From Pseudovirgaria hyperparasitica (taxonomy: Eukaryota): 64,000 nt of DNA. Every line of letters begins with the position of its first letter. The first letter of the stretch is position 1. The DNA lies in the NCBI GenBank assembly GCA_010093815.1, contig ML996568.1; one strand, 5' to 3'. Position numbers and translations under genes: made by a program. Shown one piece after another: positions 25,828 through 39,320 of this stretch. Under the pieces are notes generated by a model, which ran no database searches, was not told the DNA's origin, and saw nothing but the letters and a program-made list of their open reading frames with translations.

Positions 25828-26624
25828 AAGGAAGGAAAACACACTCTCCGTCAATTAATCAATGAATAACTAGTGGGTTTGGTCTGGTCTGGTCACGTGG
25901 GGTGGGCTGGTTATATTTTCATTATCTGGAAGGGAAAAGAAGAGAGTTTTGTCTTTTGGTAGGACTTATTGACGTCGTTATCACTCTTATTAACTTCCGA
26001 AACGACAAGACATTCAGGGGTTCGGACGTCTGCAGAAATGTACATAACTGTCCTAACATTCCTAGTATCTCGAGGTGGTAATCAGGGGGGTCAAGACACA
26101 CGTCCACGGCTCACTCATCTCGCAACATGCGATCACTCCTCAACACGAGTGCACATCGTAGGATGCGCTGATACTTATTATCGCAGTAGGCAATGGTCAT
26201 CCATTTGAATAAATACACGCACACGCACTGGAAAAGCCAACAGCTCGACAATTCTCCCCCTTTCAGTCTCCCACTCCACCGCAGCAAAGTCCCTGGAGAT
26301 CTGATAATAATAATAGTCGTTCTGTATCCCCCCCCCTCCTAGAAGCTCCAAATGGCGCCAATATCCCAGCGCCCGCTAAAATCATGCTGTCAAGAAAGTG
26401 TGCGAGGAAAACGCCCGACTATATCTTCCATGTTCGTCCCTCAGAAGTCCCCAACCAAACCTCCCCCCCTAGTTCCCTTCCTATTTCAGGATCACTCCCG
26501 ACTTGAAGATTTGTTCCGAAGTATGTTCGAAGAAAAGTTGTGTAGATTATATATGGCCCCCATTCTTAGCCAGGCACTGAAAGTATATCTCCTCTTCCAT
26601 GAACCAAGTGACCCCGTGGCTGCT

Positions 26625-29600
26625 TCACGCGTCCGAGAAATCATCCAGATCGTCATCATCGTCCACCACATCCGTGAAATCCAGATCAACAAGCACACCT
26701 CCATCGACCACGACGCCCCCTGCATCGTCATCGATATTCGCAAGTTCTGCGTTCATTTGTACCTGCATCGCCTGAGAGAACGTGACGAATTGCTCGTCGC
26801 TGACCGGTGCGTCATCCTCATCGTCGCCCATCTCGCCGTCTTCACTCACGAAATTATGTAGATGGTTGTCAATGGCAGTGAGCGCGCTATCGGTGGCAGC
26901 AGGCGTATCGTCGTTGAACAAGCCAAAGAAGAATTCGCCAAGCTGGGCAGCTAGCTCATCGGCAGCTTTGGCACCCTCGCGTTCGTGTTCGCGGCGTCTG
27001 CGGTCGGCCTCCTGAGCAGCTAGGCGTGCTTTGCATTCTTCCTGGAGACGGCACTGTTTTTGTATATGTGGTTTCTGGTCACAATGGGGACAGTGATAGT
27101 TCATTGAGCAGTATCCGCAGGGGCAGAGCTGGTTTCCAAGCATGCAATTCTGTGCAACATGTCAGTATGATAATAAGCGTTCTGTGAGCGATTCTACTAA
27201 CCTCACAGACGTATACGCCGCACTCTTTGCATTCTTTCAGAGTCGCCGGGCACCTTGATCTGGAATCGCCAATGGCGCGGGGAGATTGGCAGTAATAGGC
27301 ACCGCATCCTTCCCACTGAACCGGATGTCGTGGATGACCTGGTCGTGGCACCCTCGCGTGTGGTGCATTTGCCCGTTGCGAGGTTGCATGAGATGTACTG
27401 GTCACACGGTGTCGAAGGTCTGACACACTGAGTGATCGAGGACGGGTGAATGGCATGTTGTAGTACGAGATATCGAGGTTGTTGTCTAAAGCTAAGCCAC
27501 GTGACGATATCGACGCAGCCATGTCGGTCGGTGGATGTAGTTCCTGAGATGGGACGCTAGTGTGGGGAGGCGGAGCAGGTCCATTGATATGCATAGCAGT
27601 AGTAGATGGTTCTATCACAGTTGAGGACGTTGCCTGCTGCTCATCTGCGAGGGTGCCCACATATGCAGGAGGATTTCGTTGAAAGGCTGGTATCACAAGC
27701 TCATTTCGGTCGGCTTTGTAGTTCAGCACGAAGTCTCTTTCGGTCTGCAGGTCACGGAAGCCGCACTTTCGAATTTTCAGCGCACGGAAGTCATGTTCTT
27801 TACAGAGCGGCTTCTTGCAACCCCTGCAGGAAACCTTCCACCGGAAACTGCGATAACAGTCTTGACACAGACTCCTCGGGCACGTCGATTCTTGCAGCAT
27901 GAGGGAGTCTTGTGTGAGGAATGAAAGAATGTTCATGTCTTCACCTGACAGCTGCCCGTATAGGCCATTGGCTTTCAGATTTTTGAGCCTTCCTGACGGT
28001 ATCGTCGATGAGAACTCCGGGTCTTTGAATTCCGGACTTCGGGGAAGAGGTGCTGCACGTATTTTGTCTGCACCTCTGCCCCCGATTGAATTCCCAAGGA
28101 ATGTGATGCCACCGCCACCCGAAAATATTGGTTCAAGACAGCACCAGTGCATATTGAGCTTTAAAGGGCTCATGTTAGCCAATATATGGGGGTTAGCTAC
28201 TGCTCCGAAGTTGTTGTTACCTCCATCCTCGGAGTCAGAGTCGCCGTCATCTGGCCGTTCTGTCATCATATTTGGTGAACGTGTCGCTCCGGGTGCCCAC
28301 CAGAAACGGTCATTAGCCGGGGATTCGGAGCGTCGTACGTTCCCCTCAAGACTAATCGAAGCTTGTTGAGCTTGATGTGAATTCGTCAACAGGAACTGCT
28401 GGTTGCCGAAGGCTTCTTCTGTAAAGTGTCGAGTCTTTGCGCGTTTTCGAGGTACCGGACGGTTGAAAGCGCAGCTCGCACAGAGAGTCTTCCTGCATCC
28501 CATGCAGTGCATTCGCACACTACATTGCTCGCACCGCTCAAGGATATCTTCATCACACTGGCTGCATTTGACGCCGTCCACAAAAGTTCTGTGACTCTTT
28601 CTCAGGTGTGCTGGAACGTCCTTCCCCTCACCTAAACTTGATCCATCTTCAGGGCCGAGGGCTTCACCATCATATCCGGTTTCAGCGTCTTCCCAAAGCC
28701 GACCATCTGAGGTTCGTTGAGCAGTGCCGTGTGACGGGCCTATGCGGTTACAGGATCTCCATAGCCTGTCGAATGGGACCCATACTTCAGGTGTGCCAGG
28801 TGCAGCCCTGCCGTTGTGGTAGTCCTTCCTCCTGAAGCATCGTCCAGCCGGGGTCGGACACCAAGCTGTATCTGTCCAAATACCAAGCTCATGACAGATT
28901 TCGATGAGCTGATGTGTTGGCTCAGAGTCGGAATCTTTTCTGGCAAGTGACTGGGGAAGATATGGCCGCCGGCGGTGGTGACGACATCGATAGGCATATA
29001 AAGACTTTAAAGCGAGTTCCCCTTTGACGGCCCACGGGACGCCTTTTTTGCTATAGGGTTCTAGGAACGGGACCAGATGGTATTTGATGGATACGTTTTT
29101 ACATCCACGGACAGAAAGATGCTGTAGCATGGAAATGCGCGGTTGCAGGACCCGCGAAACTAGGGACACTCCAGTCACCGCAGTATTGCACAAATCAAGG
29201 TTTCTCAATCGCGTTCCGAGAGGAACTACTACCTGTATCAGAAGACCGTCCAAGGCATACTGCTTCGATTGTCTGTCTCGTCCATCTGGGGTTTCGTTGC
29301 CAGGCGAGCCCACAACTGGAGCTGGTTGAGGTAGTCGGAACGATAAGGTCTTCCAGGCTAGTGGGTAAGATGCAAGGAATTCTCTAAGATAACGACTGGT
29401 GTGAAATAAGTCGATGATGGACACCGTGGGGAGCTGGCTCAGCAAACTCTCCAGTATTGGTGGGTGTGCGCTGATGACGGCCTCAAAAAGACTTGTTCGT
29501 GGAGCAGTCTCATATGTTTGGATATCCCCTACCAGCATGATTCCACCTCGTCCAGCAGGCCCTTGCCTCATAACTGCTTTCCCTGTGTCTCTTTTTTCAC

Positions 29601-29838
29601 GGCTTCCCTCCACCACCTCGCCATTACGGAACACACCCTCCGCAGCAGTATCCAAGAACAACTCCACGCCGGCAGAGGAAGATACCAAAGGCGAGGCAAT
29701 GCTCATGCTTCGTGAGAAGTGTTTGACTTGCGTTTGCTGTCTTATTCCAGGTTGCGGACTCAGTCCAAGACGATCGGCCAGTTCCAAGCCTTCCAGACAA
29801 TATTCGCGACGCAGTGAGCACGGTGGTCGACACGTCAT
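26625..29838 (-). CDS. Uncharacterised protein with an F-box-like/LRR-like N-terminal half, multiple Cys-rich (zinc-binding) clusters and an acidic tail
   Basis: PPILESLLSQLPTVSIIDLFHTSRYLR (F-box-like), LRNLDLCNT and LQHLSVRGCKNVS (LRR-like), many CxxC pairs. Intron about 27151-27201 joins to NCMLGNQLCPCGYC...DDFSDA*. Start uncertain (29838 or 29706). Confidence 0.7.
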
Positions 29839-30302
29839 GCAGGTGCAATACAGGCGGTGTAGGTGAAGCGGCAGTAGCGAAGCCGACCACTGCTCCTGGG
29901 AGTCGCGGTGAAGAAGTGAGTGAGTCGGAGGAGCGTGCAGCAGAAGACAGCGTGAAAGTGAATGAGAGAGGGTATGAGAGGTCGTGTGCAGTCCGTTCAC
30001 GAAGGTTGGGAGATTGAATCGCGCCCTGCCGCCTGGGAAGGGGCTACGCCAGATCCGGCTACTGGTCTTAGCGCCACCCCAAATATATACACCGGAGGTT
30101 AACTGTACCCATCACCAGCCTGAAATTGGCCCTGGTGTCGGCGACAGCGTCTGTTCTCAGAACAAAATTGGCTGAGACCACAATCTATAAGTCCATTTTT
30201 GGTTTATATACACATCACTTGTACTACTATATGGTACGTAGTCGTGCTTCACATTTACAACAGATACCGGCCATCGTGTACACACTGTGACCCTATCGAC
30301 CG

Positions 30303-32021
30303 CTAACTGGCAGACCTATCATCTCCAACCACATAGCCCCGAGCGACTCCACGTCTCCCTTCTTCAACAGGCGCTCCTTGTCTGTCTATAGCACCTGACT
30401 CGTCATATGCGATTTCGAAGTCACTCCCCAATCCTTGCCACGTCCGTTTCGACCTCAGGAATTCTGCACCTGGAGAAACGACCCCTGCTATCTGCGCTAT
30501 ATCGCCTTTGGCACGCTTTACGACTGAAGAAGACATTTTGGTGCTCGATGTCAAAGCAGCAGCAGAAGAGCGATGACCGTTAGTAGTACGCATTGGACGA
30601 CTATGTGAGACATAGCGACCCGTTCGTAGATCAAATTCCGGTGGTGCTGAATCGCCCTCGGAATCTACATCGTCTGCGTCTCCAATGGTGGCTTGGTCGT
30701 CTTTTGGGGCAGCATTATTCTGCTCCTCACCGATCAGGATGCTCTGAAAGTCGCTGCTCCACTCGCCTGTCCAAACCCTGTCGTTGTCGCTCCTCAAGGC
30801 CAGTTGTAGTTCGAATGGCGTGATTAGCGGCTTCCAGAATTCCTTGCTCTCGATGAGGCTACTTTCCCAACACCCAATCACGACCCATCCACCTATCTCG
30901 CTGAAGTTTGCGACTTTGGCTGCGTTGATCTTGCCTACAACAAAAGTGTAACTTTTCTTCCCAGCAGCTGCGATGCTGTCTCGAACATGATCTACAATAT
31001 GCAGATAGTTCTTCACAGACAGAGTATTGATGAGAATACCAAATATGTCAACAGTGCTCTGACGAGTGATGAGAGCATATCTGCGGCGGAGAGTCATGGC
31101 AGACGAGACCGGCAGAGCATTGACTTCACCTCCATTATTGTGTTCTGTTGGATAGATGTGTATAGCGCCTACACGAGAGGACAGGGTCAGCAGTAACGCG
31201 GTCGGTGGCTCTGAGATATGGAACAATTGGTAGTCTTTCAATTTGTCTGGCAGCTCGCTCACTTCGACGGGAACAGTACGATTTGGAAGTGGCGAGGAGG
31301 GGTTATGCTCAACAGACGTAGCGAAGACGTTACTGTAGCCAGTTTCTTGTAGTCTACTTTTCAGTAACGTTAAATGTTCAGAATAGGGAATATCGGCCAT
31401 AAGCACTATCCTGCTCTCTTTGTCCGGATATGTGTTGATGAATGTTTGTATCACAGCGTCTATGTTCAGCGGTCTCGTGGTAAAGACGTATATGACGGGC
31501 AAGCGCGCACTGGGAGAGAGACAGGAGCGACCGTAATGTACGATGACATCGGCGTCTACGTGTTCAGCGGCGACTTCATCTACACAGCAGGATCCATATG
31601 AGGTATCACCGAGAATGAACAGCTTTTCTTCCTCTTCCATCTTGGGAGGCGAGACATTGACATCCTGCAAGCGCTGCGAAAGTCTTGCAATTTCTTCCCC
31701 ATGAACATCCGTCGGCGGAGGATCGCTTGTACAGGAGCAGGACTGTCGCTTTCTCGTAATATGAAGACCGCGGCTCAGTGCTTCAAAGACTCGTGTAGAA
31801 TCCACCAACATATGATCGGGAAATTGAAGGGCGATGCGTCGCCATCTTCCGGCGCGAATCTCGTTCACTGTACGCTCGACTTCGTACGTGATGGCAAGCT
31901 GCTCATCGGAGAGCCGAGGCAGAGTCGCAAGGTCAATCTTGGGAGCGGCATCCTCGAAGATGTGTGTATCAGGAGTCGACAGTACGGGCGCGACTTGTGT
32001 CGGGGCGAGGGACGACGCCAT
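30303..32021 (-). CDS. DPH2: Diphthamide biosynthesis protein 2
   Basis: IALQFPD, ILGDTSYGSCCVDEVAAEH, HYGRSCLS, VVGKINAAKVANF, ITPFEL, RTWQGLG and EEGRRGVARGY. Confidence 0.94.
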   Translation of the reverse strand: MASSLAPTQVAPVLSTPDTHIFEDAAPKIDLATLPRLSDEQLAITYEVERTVNEIRAGRWRRIALQFPDHMLVDSTRVFEALSRGLHITRKRQSCSCTSDPPPTDVHGEEIARLSQRLQDVNVSPPKMEEEEKLFILGDTSYGSCCVDEVAAEHVDADVIVHYGRSCLSPSARLPVIYVFTTRPLNIDAVIQTFINTYPDKESRIVLMADIPYSEHLTLLKSRLQETGYSNVFATSVEHNPSSPLPNRTVPVEVSELPDKLKDYQLFHISEPPTALLLTLSSRVGAIHIYPTEHNNGGEVNALPVSSAMTLRRRYALITRQSTVDIFGILINTLSVKNYLHIVDHVRDSIAAAGKKSYTFVVGKINAAKVANFSEIGGWVVIGCWESSLIESKEFWKPLITPFELQLALRSDNDRVWTGEWSSDFQSILIGEEQNNAAPKDDQATIGDADDVDSEGDSAPPEFDLRTGRYVSHSRPMRTTNGHRSSAAALTSSTKMSSSVVKRAKGDIAQIAGVVSPGAEFLRSKRTWQGLGSDFEIAYDESGAIDRQGAPVEEGRRGVARGYVVGDDRSAS

Positions 32022-32685
32022 TGTGGATGAGATGGAAATTGGGAAAACATGGAAAGAAATCTTAGGCGGGGTTATGTCAGCGATGTTGGTACACGGCGGG
32101 GGCGGTACCTAAGGCGCTGCTGCAGCCCTGGAGAGGTTTGGGGTTGGGTGCGCCGGGAGGCGCAGAAACGTTTTCTGCGTATTGAAACTTGGCCGCAAGA
32201 ATAGAACTAAAGGCGCTTCAGCGCTCACCAGCCTCACAGCCTCCAACGAATACGCAAACCCTATATACGGCAAATTCACTCCGGATTACCGCCCTAGTTC
32301 TCATCATTCGCCATCCAGATCTCGGGCGGCCCTGAAATCCATGACACCGTCGGCAATAGGGTGTAAAGACGACCACAACTACAACGACTACGACGACGAC
32401 GACGTCGACTACAATTTCATCGGCGCCATGTGAGCGCGAGCGTTACTATAATTACCTACCAATTGTTCGGCCATTAGAACGCCGCCCGGGCCGGCCTGAG
32501 GATCATCACATTATGCTGCGAACGTCATAGCCTGAAACTAAGCTGAGGCCGGGTACAACATTGACATTCCTTTTTCGGCACCGCCCAGCAGCATAAGCCA
32601 GCGCCAGCCTCTGGTGCATATAAGCTTCCATGCCCACTCTGACGTGGCGCGTCCATCTCGCAAGCCCATTCTTATCCATCGCAAC

Positions 32686-34672
32686 ATGAGATTTCCATTG
32701 TCTTTGTTGGGCGCGTCGTTGTTGACCTTGAAGACATCTGGTAAGCTTCCGTGGAGCACGCGACATCCTTGTTCACCCTTGCTAACCACCTCTTGCGCCA
32801 GCAAACCCGGTCGATCATGTCGACGCTGACATAATTTCTCTGCCGAAACGCGCAACACCTCAAGCTCCTAATGGATACACTCCTACTGAGGTCGACTGTC
32901 CTTCAGATCGCCCTACCGTTCGCGTCGCGTCTGGCCTTTCGAATCAAGAGACGGAATGGCTACAGCGGAGACGAAACAACACCGTCCAGCCTCTTCGCGA
33001 CCTGCTTGGACGCCTGACCATCAATGGCTTTGACACAAACAGCTACATAGACAACAACCAAAACAATGCTACAGCTCTGCCAAATATCGCCATTGCCTTC
33101 TCTGGTGGTGGCTACCGCGCGACGCTGAATGGTGCCGGTGTCTTGTCTGCTATGGACAGCAGGACGGACAATTCGACCAGCAGTGGCCATATTGGCGGTC
33201 TTCTTCAGGCCTCTACATATATTGCTGGTCTATCAGGAGGTTCCTGGCTGGTTGGCAGTATCTACGCCAACAACTTTACCTCGGTCCAGAACATTGTCAA
33301 CACCAACCCGACCTTTTCCGGCTCTCTCTGGCAGTTTCAAGATTCAATCCTTCAGGGTCCAGACCAAGGTGGTATTCAGATCCTGAACACAGCAGATTAC
33401 TGGTCCAATCTTCATGACAGCGTAGATGGAAAAGCCAGTGCTGGCTTCAATACGTCCATCACCGACTACTGGGCTCGCGCCTTGTCCTTCCAGCTCGTCA
33501 ATGCCACTGACGGTGGACCGGCTTATACCTGGTCATCGATTGCTGATGACCTAGATTTCCGTGACGCGAACGCGCCTATGCCCATAATTGTGGCAGACGA
33601 GCGTGATCCGGGAGCTAAAATCATCAGCTCAAACACGACCGTCTACGAGTTTAACCCCTGGGAGATGGGTAGCTTCGATCCCACGTTATATGCCTTTGCA
33701 CCCATCAAATATGCCGGATCTAGATTCAATGGTGGCCAGATCGCAGATGGCGCTCGTTGCGTCCGTGGCTTTGACAACGCAGCTTATATCATGGGCACCT
33801 CTTCCTCCCTCTTCAACCAGTTCCTCCTTCAACTCGATGGCACCAGCGCGCCACAATTCATCAAAGATGCACTGAGCTCCATTCTATCCGAAATCGGCAA
33901 TGATGAAAACGATATTGCCGACTGGACCCCCAACCCCTTCTTCGGCTTTAACGAAGGCACCAACCCTAACGCCCAGTCTGAGCGCCTCACTCTCGTCGAT
34001 GGCGGTGAAGATTTCCAAAATATACCTCTGAACCCACTAATTCAGCCCCAGCGCGCAGTCGATGTGATTTTCGCCGTCGACTCCTCTGCAGATACTTCGA
34101 ACTGGCCCAACGGCACCGCCCTTGTTGCCACGTACGAGCGCTCACTCAACGAAACTATCGAAAATGGCACCGCATTCCCTGCCATACCTGACCAAAATAC
34201 CTTTGTCAACCTCGGTCTCAACTCGCGCCCAACATTCTTCGGATGCGACGCAGACAATACCACCGGCGACGCCCCACTCATCGTCTACATCCCCAACTCG
34301 CCCTTCGTCTTCGACTCCAACGTTTCCACCATAACACTCGACTATACGATCGATGCGCGCAACGCCATGATCCAGAACGGATACCTCACCGCCACGCGCG
34401 GCAACTCGACGCAGGACAGCGAGTGGCCGCAGTGTGTCGCCTGTGCGATTATGAGCCGCAGCTGGCACAAGAGCGGCGCCCAGGTACCGGACACGTGTAA
34501 TACCTGCTTCCAAAGGTATTGCTGGGACGGCACGCTCGATCAGCGACCTGTCACGTATAACCCGGACAATGTATTCGCCAAAATTAGTGCCGGACCGCCT
34601 GTAGCCAATCCCCGTTCGAGTATGCTTGCGGGTGCGGTTGCAATCGCTGTTACTGTTTTGACGTTGTTTTGA
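32686..34672 (+). CDS. PLB1: Secreted/GPI-anchored lysophospholipase (phospholipase B)
   Basis: Signal peptide MRFPLSLLGASLL; intron 32741-32801; SGGGYRA, GLSGGSW and LVDGGED motifs; hydrophobic C-terminal GPI signal. Confidence 0.93.
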
Positions 34673-35242
34673 GAGAAAAGCATGGAGAGCATGGTGTCAC
34701 ATGGGCTTTGTTCGGTGTTTTGTTTTCTTTGCATATGGAGCAGAAGCACGTTCGAAGGATGATGTTCTACAAAATTTTGGAATCTGAGTGTGCATGTTCG
34801 GGTCTTGAAAGCTTCGGCGAGTTTCGATGTTAGTTTGAGTCTTTACAGACTAGTGTCCTGTATCTAGCTATGTATATCTATCTATGACTCTCCTGCCAGT
34901 GGCGCAAACTAGAAAGTCATCCCAAACGAGGAATGGTATATAGCTTTAACAATCAATACCACTATCAACACCACTGTCACTTTTTACTGCCATACCGTCT
35001 ATGCGGATGAGGGTGTCCTTACCGCGAGGTGAAACGTAGAAGAAAGGTTATTAAGATCACGTTGGACAACCTCGACAATCGATTGTTAACTAGTATAGTT
35101 AGCCTTACTATCCCGTTCTGTCGTTATTATGTAGGGTTAGATGTGCATTATTCATGGGATCATTGGTAATAGCAGACCGCGTCGTAATCGAGCACAATGC
35201 ATGGTTTAGTCACTTTAATGCCTGTTATAATGAGTGCCTGAT

Positions 35243-35420
35243 CATTGTCCACTGTGTCCATTGTGTCCATTGTCTGTTGTTAGGATGCGTTGGTCATTGG
35301 CAGAATGCATTGTTCATGTCTGTCCGTTCATCGGTATGCATTGTTCATGTCTGTCCGTTTGTCGATATGCATTGTTCATGTACATCGTCCATGCCGATTG
35401 TCCATTGTCAATTCTCGATT
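35243..35420. repeat. Degenerate minisatellite (31-bp unit x3 plus CATTGT-type 9-mers)
   Basis: ATGCATTGTTCATGT... units start at 35305, 35336 and 35367; TCCATTGTG-like repeats flank them. Confidence 0.8.
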
Positions 35421-35835
35421 GTCCGCTAACCATTCCCGATTTTACATTCTCCATTCTCCATATGGGTTATGCATCGTCCATCGTCCATATGCATATGCAC
35501 ATCGCAGTTCCCTCTCCAATCCCGCGCTCTCTCGCTTTACTATCGCTGATCGCTGATGCAAACAAAGTTCCCCCAACGCCAAAGATGGATGAATGGCTGA
35601 ATGAATGCAAAGAACGTGTAAAAAGAAGAATAAGAAGAGGAGCAAGAAGAAGAAAAAGTCCAGATGCACCGACCGCACGTGCGCGCAAAAATAGAATCAA
35701 GCGTTTTCGCTAGGAGGAAGGCGCTCACGACACAAAACGGCAAAGCTATGCATGCATGCACACCAGACCAGGACCCCATTGACGACCATATATACCAAAC
35801 GCGCAACGCCGACGCCGACGCCGCCGCCCCAAGCA

Positions 35836-38800
35836 TCACCTCTTAGCCACAGCGGCGGTCAGATCCCGCTCATAAAACACGATATACGCCTGTTCGTTTT
35901 GCAGCCTCTCGTTGGCCCTCAGGTCCTCTGGCATAAAGTCCGTGACGCGCTCGTCGTTGAACTGGCGCCATACACCCTTAACACTGTCTTTAACACACGC
36001 AATGTAATGCCCGCTACTGATTGTCTGTCCAATATGCCGGATGACTGCATACGCATTGTATATATACGGCCCGTTCATGCTGACGTCAGCCTTTAGCTTC
36101 GCAAGTTGGTTTGCGCCGTCTTGCTGCTGTGCGATAACAGCTTCCTCGGCAGGCGTCGGGGGTGGAAGCATGTATGGCGAAAGGTCGAGACCGGTGAGGG
36201 GAAACTCGATTGGTGTGCGAACTTTTCGCGCTCGCTCGTCGTGACTGGCGCTGAAGCGCTTGAAGTGCAGGATGAGGTATTGCGGCGCGCGAGATAGCGT
36301 GATCTGTTTACTGGCCTCGCGCTCAGTCTTACACTGCGGGCATTTCCACACTTCGTCACCGCTGAGGCGCTCTTCCTTGCAATAGGAGCGCAGGCAGTCA
36401 CGGATGTCGGAGGGGTGATCCCGTGGTATCTCGACGGAGAGCGAGTAGAAGGCTTCGAACGTAGTCGAGGTGTGGGCGCAAGTCGCGCAGCGAAGACGCG
36501 AGGCATGCTGGCCGGCGAAGAAGTCCGAAATGATGGATTTGTCGCGCATTGAGTAGCGCATCCACTCGACTTGTGCGGCATAAAGTTTGGGGAGACGTTC
36601 GCGGTAGGCCTCATCGCGCTCTGTGAGAGCTTTGAGTGGGGGATGGGACCATTGCCGATTCATATCTTCATGGAGGATATCGAGGAGGAATTCGAGGAAT
36701 TCTTTGGCGTCTTGCTGCTGGTCACGGGACCATTCGGCATTGAAGCGGCCGCAAAGTTTCTGCAAGCGTGCGTTAGATTCTAAGCATGAAAGAAAGGGGG
36801 CTACAGAACTGACCCGTAAGCTAGTCGGGCGAAGGGCGCGGACGTCGCCCTGCCAGAGATTCTTTATCAATGTAGCGTAATGTTCCGACATGAGTCCTTT
36901 GGACCCCTTCCAGTTGTCTCGCTCAATCAACCTTTGGTATCGATTGTCAAGGAAAACACCTGTCAAAGGCATAGTTGCGTTCAGACATTGAACCGTCGAA
37001 TTCATGTAGCATGTAACACCAAAATTGACGAGTCCAGTCTTAGGGAGACGATAACGAGGGTTACGACTGGGCGGTATATACGCTGCAAGGTGAGCTGTGC
37101 GGCTCGATCCTGTCTGTTGAGATGATTCCCGTTCATGTACACCACTGTAACTGACTCGAGGTACAGACGGAGCTGGCCTGGATGGTACCGGAGGAATACT
37201 AGGTTGTATGTATGCAGACTCAGAAGCCTGGCGCCGCGGCGGATACACCATTGATTGTTGGTCAAGCGCTGCCGGCTCTGGAAAGCGTCTGAGGAAGTCT
37301 GCGGTGGAACGATATATCTGAGGGTCAGAATCACCTTCATAGTCGGCTTCCTCTTCGGGGATATTCCTGTTTTCCAGTTCCGCTCTTTCAATTCTGGCCT
37401 TTTCAAGCCACTTTTGCTCCTCTTCGGGATCTAGGGTGGTAAAGTCTCTATGGCGCTTCTTCTGCAAATTCATCGAGATATTCCGCTTTGCAGGCATGCG
37501 GCGGATTGGTCGATTGGATTTTTGTTGTTGAGACACGACTGCGGTCGTTCGTGAAGTTGCCAACGCGTTGGTACCTATCAAGTCTGCCCATGCATCGAGT
37601 CCTCCTCTTAGCATAATGGGTGGTCGACTCAGAGGTCGATCAAAGTTGAATTCGGTCAGCGATTCATACAAGTTCTTCAGCACCTCCTCTTCTTCATTCC
37701 GCACTGGTCGATCAAGAAAACTCGTGTCTCTCGTGGCCTGATCATAGAAGACTACCAAGTCGAATTCGTTCCTTTGTTCGAACCAGTACAGTTCATTTTC
37801 AGGGGAGAGGACCAGAGAATCCTGCAATTGCTCGGCGGACATGTTGGGTTTCAAGGTAGTCGGTTCTATGCACATGACTTGTTGCGCAAAGATGTGGCCA
37901 TCGTCAAAGTCTTCACGATTACGAACATCGATCAGTAGCACATTGTACATGCGATTGTAATCGAAGAGCCTCTCGGCATCAATATGGCTTTCATTTGGTA
38001 TACCCAGCGACACGCGGCGGGTATGTCCATTTGTTTTTGGTGCTGCTTGGGCTGGAAAGTACGAGTCTGCCGAGCCATTATTGTTGGGGGCTTGAGCAGA
38101 TGCATTTGACGCCATAGAATTACTACGACCTCCGGTACCTACCATACTTCTGGCGGTACTCCTGGGCGGGTCTATGCTGGCTGGAGTTGCCATGTTTCTC
38201 GCGGGACTGTATGTTGGACTGGGCGCCTTTGGCATTGAAGCCGTAAAATTCGTGATAAGGGGTATCTTTGGGGGGTGAGGAGGCGCGGAGGGAGCGGTTG
38301 GTAGGTCTCGGGGCCCCATAGGCCGGGGCAATACATCGCCTGAAATTTGATATTCAGTTGGCGAAGGCATCTTCACTGATAGATCCCATGAAGTGTTTGT
38401 CGAGATAGTGCCAGTTGCGGGCATGTTGGCTGCTGATTCCGCTTTTGGGGTTGCTCTTAATCTAGCAAAGCGCTCCGCTAGAGCATCAGCATTTGCAGCC
38501 CCGTTTGTGAGTGCCCGACCATGGAGACTTTGAGGTTTCGGGTTCACTGGTGGCCGCGGCTTGAATGCTACATAAGAATCGCCCGGAGTAGAGCGACCTG
38601 CAGCCGAGCCTGGTCGAATGTCGAGTGAGGTTTGCGAAGAGGAGCCTTGCGCTTCATAGCCATTCGATGATGGAGGCATAGAGTACCGGTTGGAAGGGTT
38701 TGATTGAATGTTGGAAGCAGTATGTGGCATTGTGGGCGGGCCGGCATCTCCTGGCCGGGTGCCATTTCGTATGTTATCATTGACGATTATCTCTCTAATC

Positions 38801-39320
38801 TTGGCATATCGCTCCTGGTCGGAACCTATTTTCTGATGATACACATCAGTCCAGTCCACTTCATTCGTAGACAGTGACAGACCTTTGTGAGTTCCCTGTA
38901 CAGTCTGTGAAACCTTCCCCTATCGGCTTGGAGTGTCGGGTATTCCTTGTGTCGTGGTACGAGGTTCAGGATGATTTCAGAAGCGACCAAGAACTCTGTG
39001 TATGCGAAGTCCGGTCGGCGATACGTTTCGAAGATATCAGCCTGCTTTGCAGAGTCGTGTGCTACGGTCAGAAGGTGGCCAAGCTGCTTCAAGTCAGGTC
39101 GAGTGGTCCGACGATAGGACTGTGACTGTACAGGTAAATGCTGCTGCGCTTGCTCAGCCAGAGTCTTATTTGCTTTCGCTTTGAGATCTGCCAAATGTTC
39201 CATTATACGGGGAGGCTTTCCAGCTCCATTTGCTTGCGGGCCGCCATAGCTACTGGGCTGTCCAGGTAGCCCATAGCCATTCATTGCAGACGCCGGAGGC
39301 GGAGGGGCAGCAGTACTCAT
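35836..39320 (-). CDS. DOA4: Ubiquitin-specific protease Doa4/Ubp4 (USP8-like)
   Basis: Rhodanese-like LLIDVRNREDFDDGHI, Cys box GLVNFGVTCYMNS, QQDAKEF and His box SGHYIA...WRQFNDERV...AYIVFYER. Introns 39084-39131, 38833-38882 and about 36761-36814. Confidence 0.92.

Noticed and set aside
35305..35396. 31-bp repeats as a possible CRISPR array
   Set aside because: Head-to-tail units without unique spacers, eukaryotic context and no cas genes.
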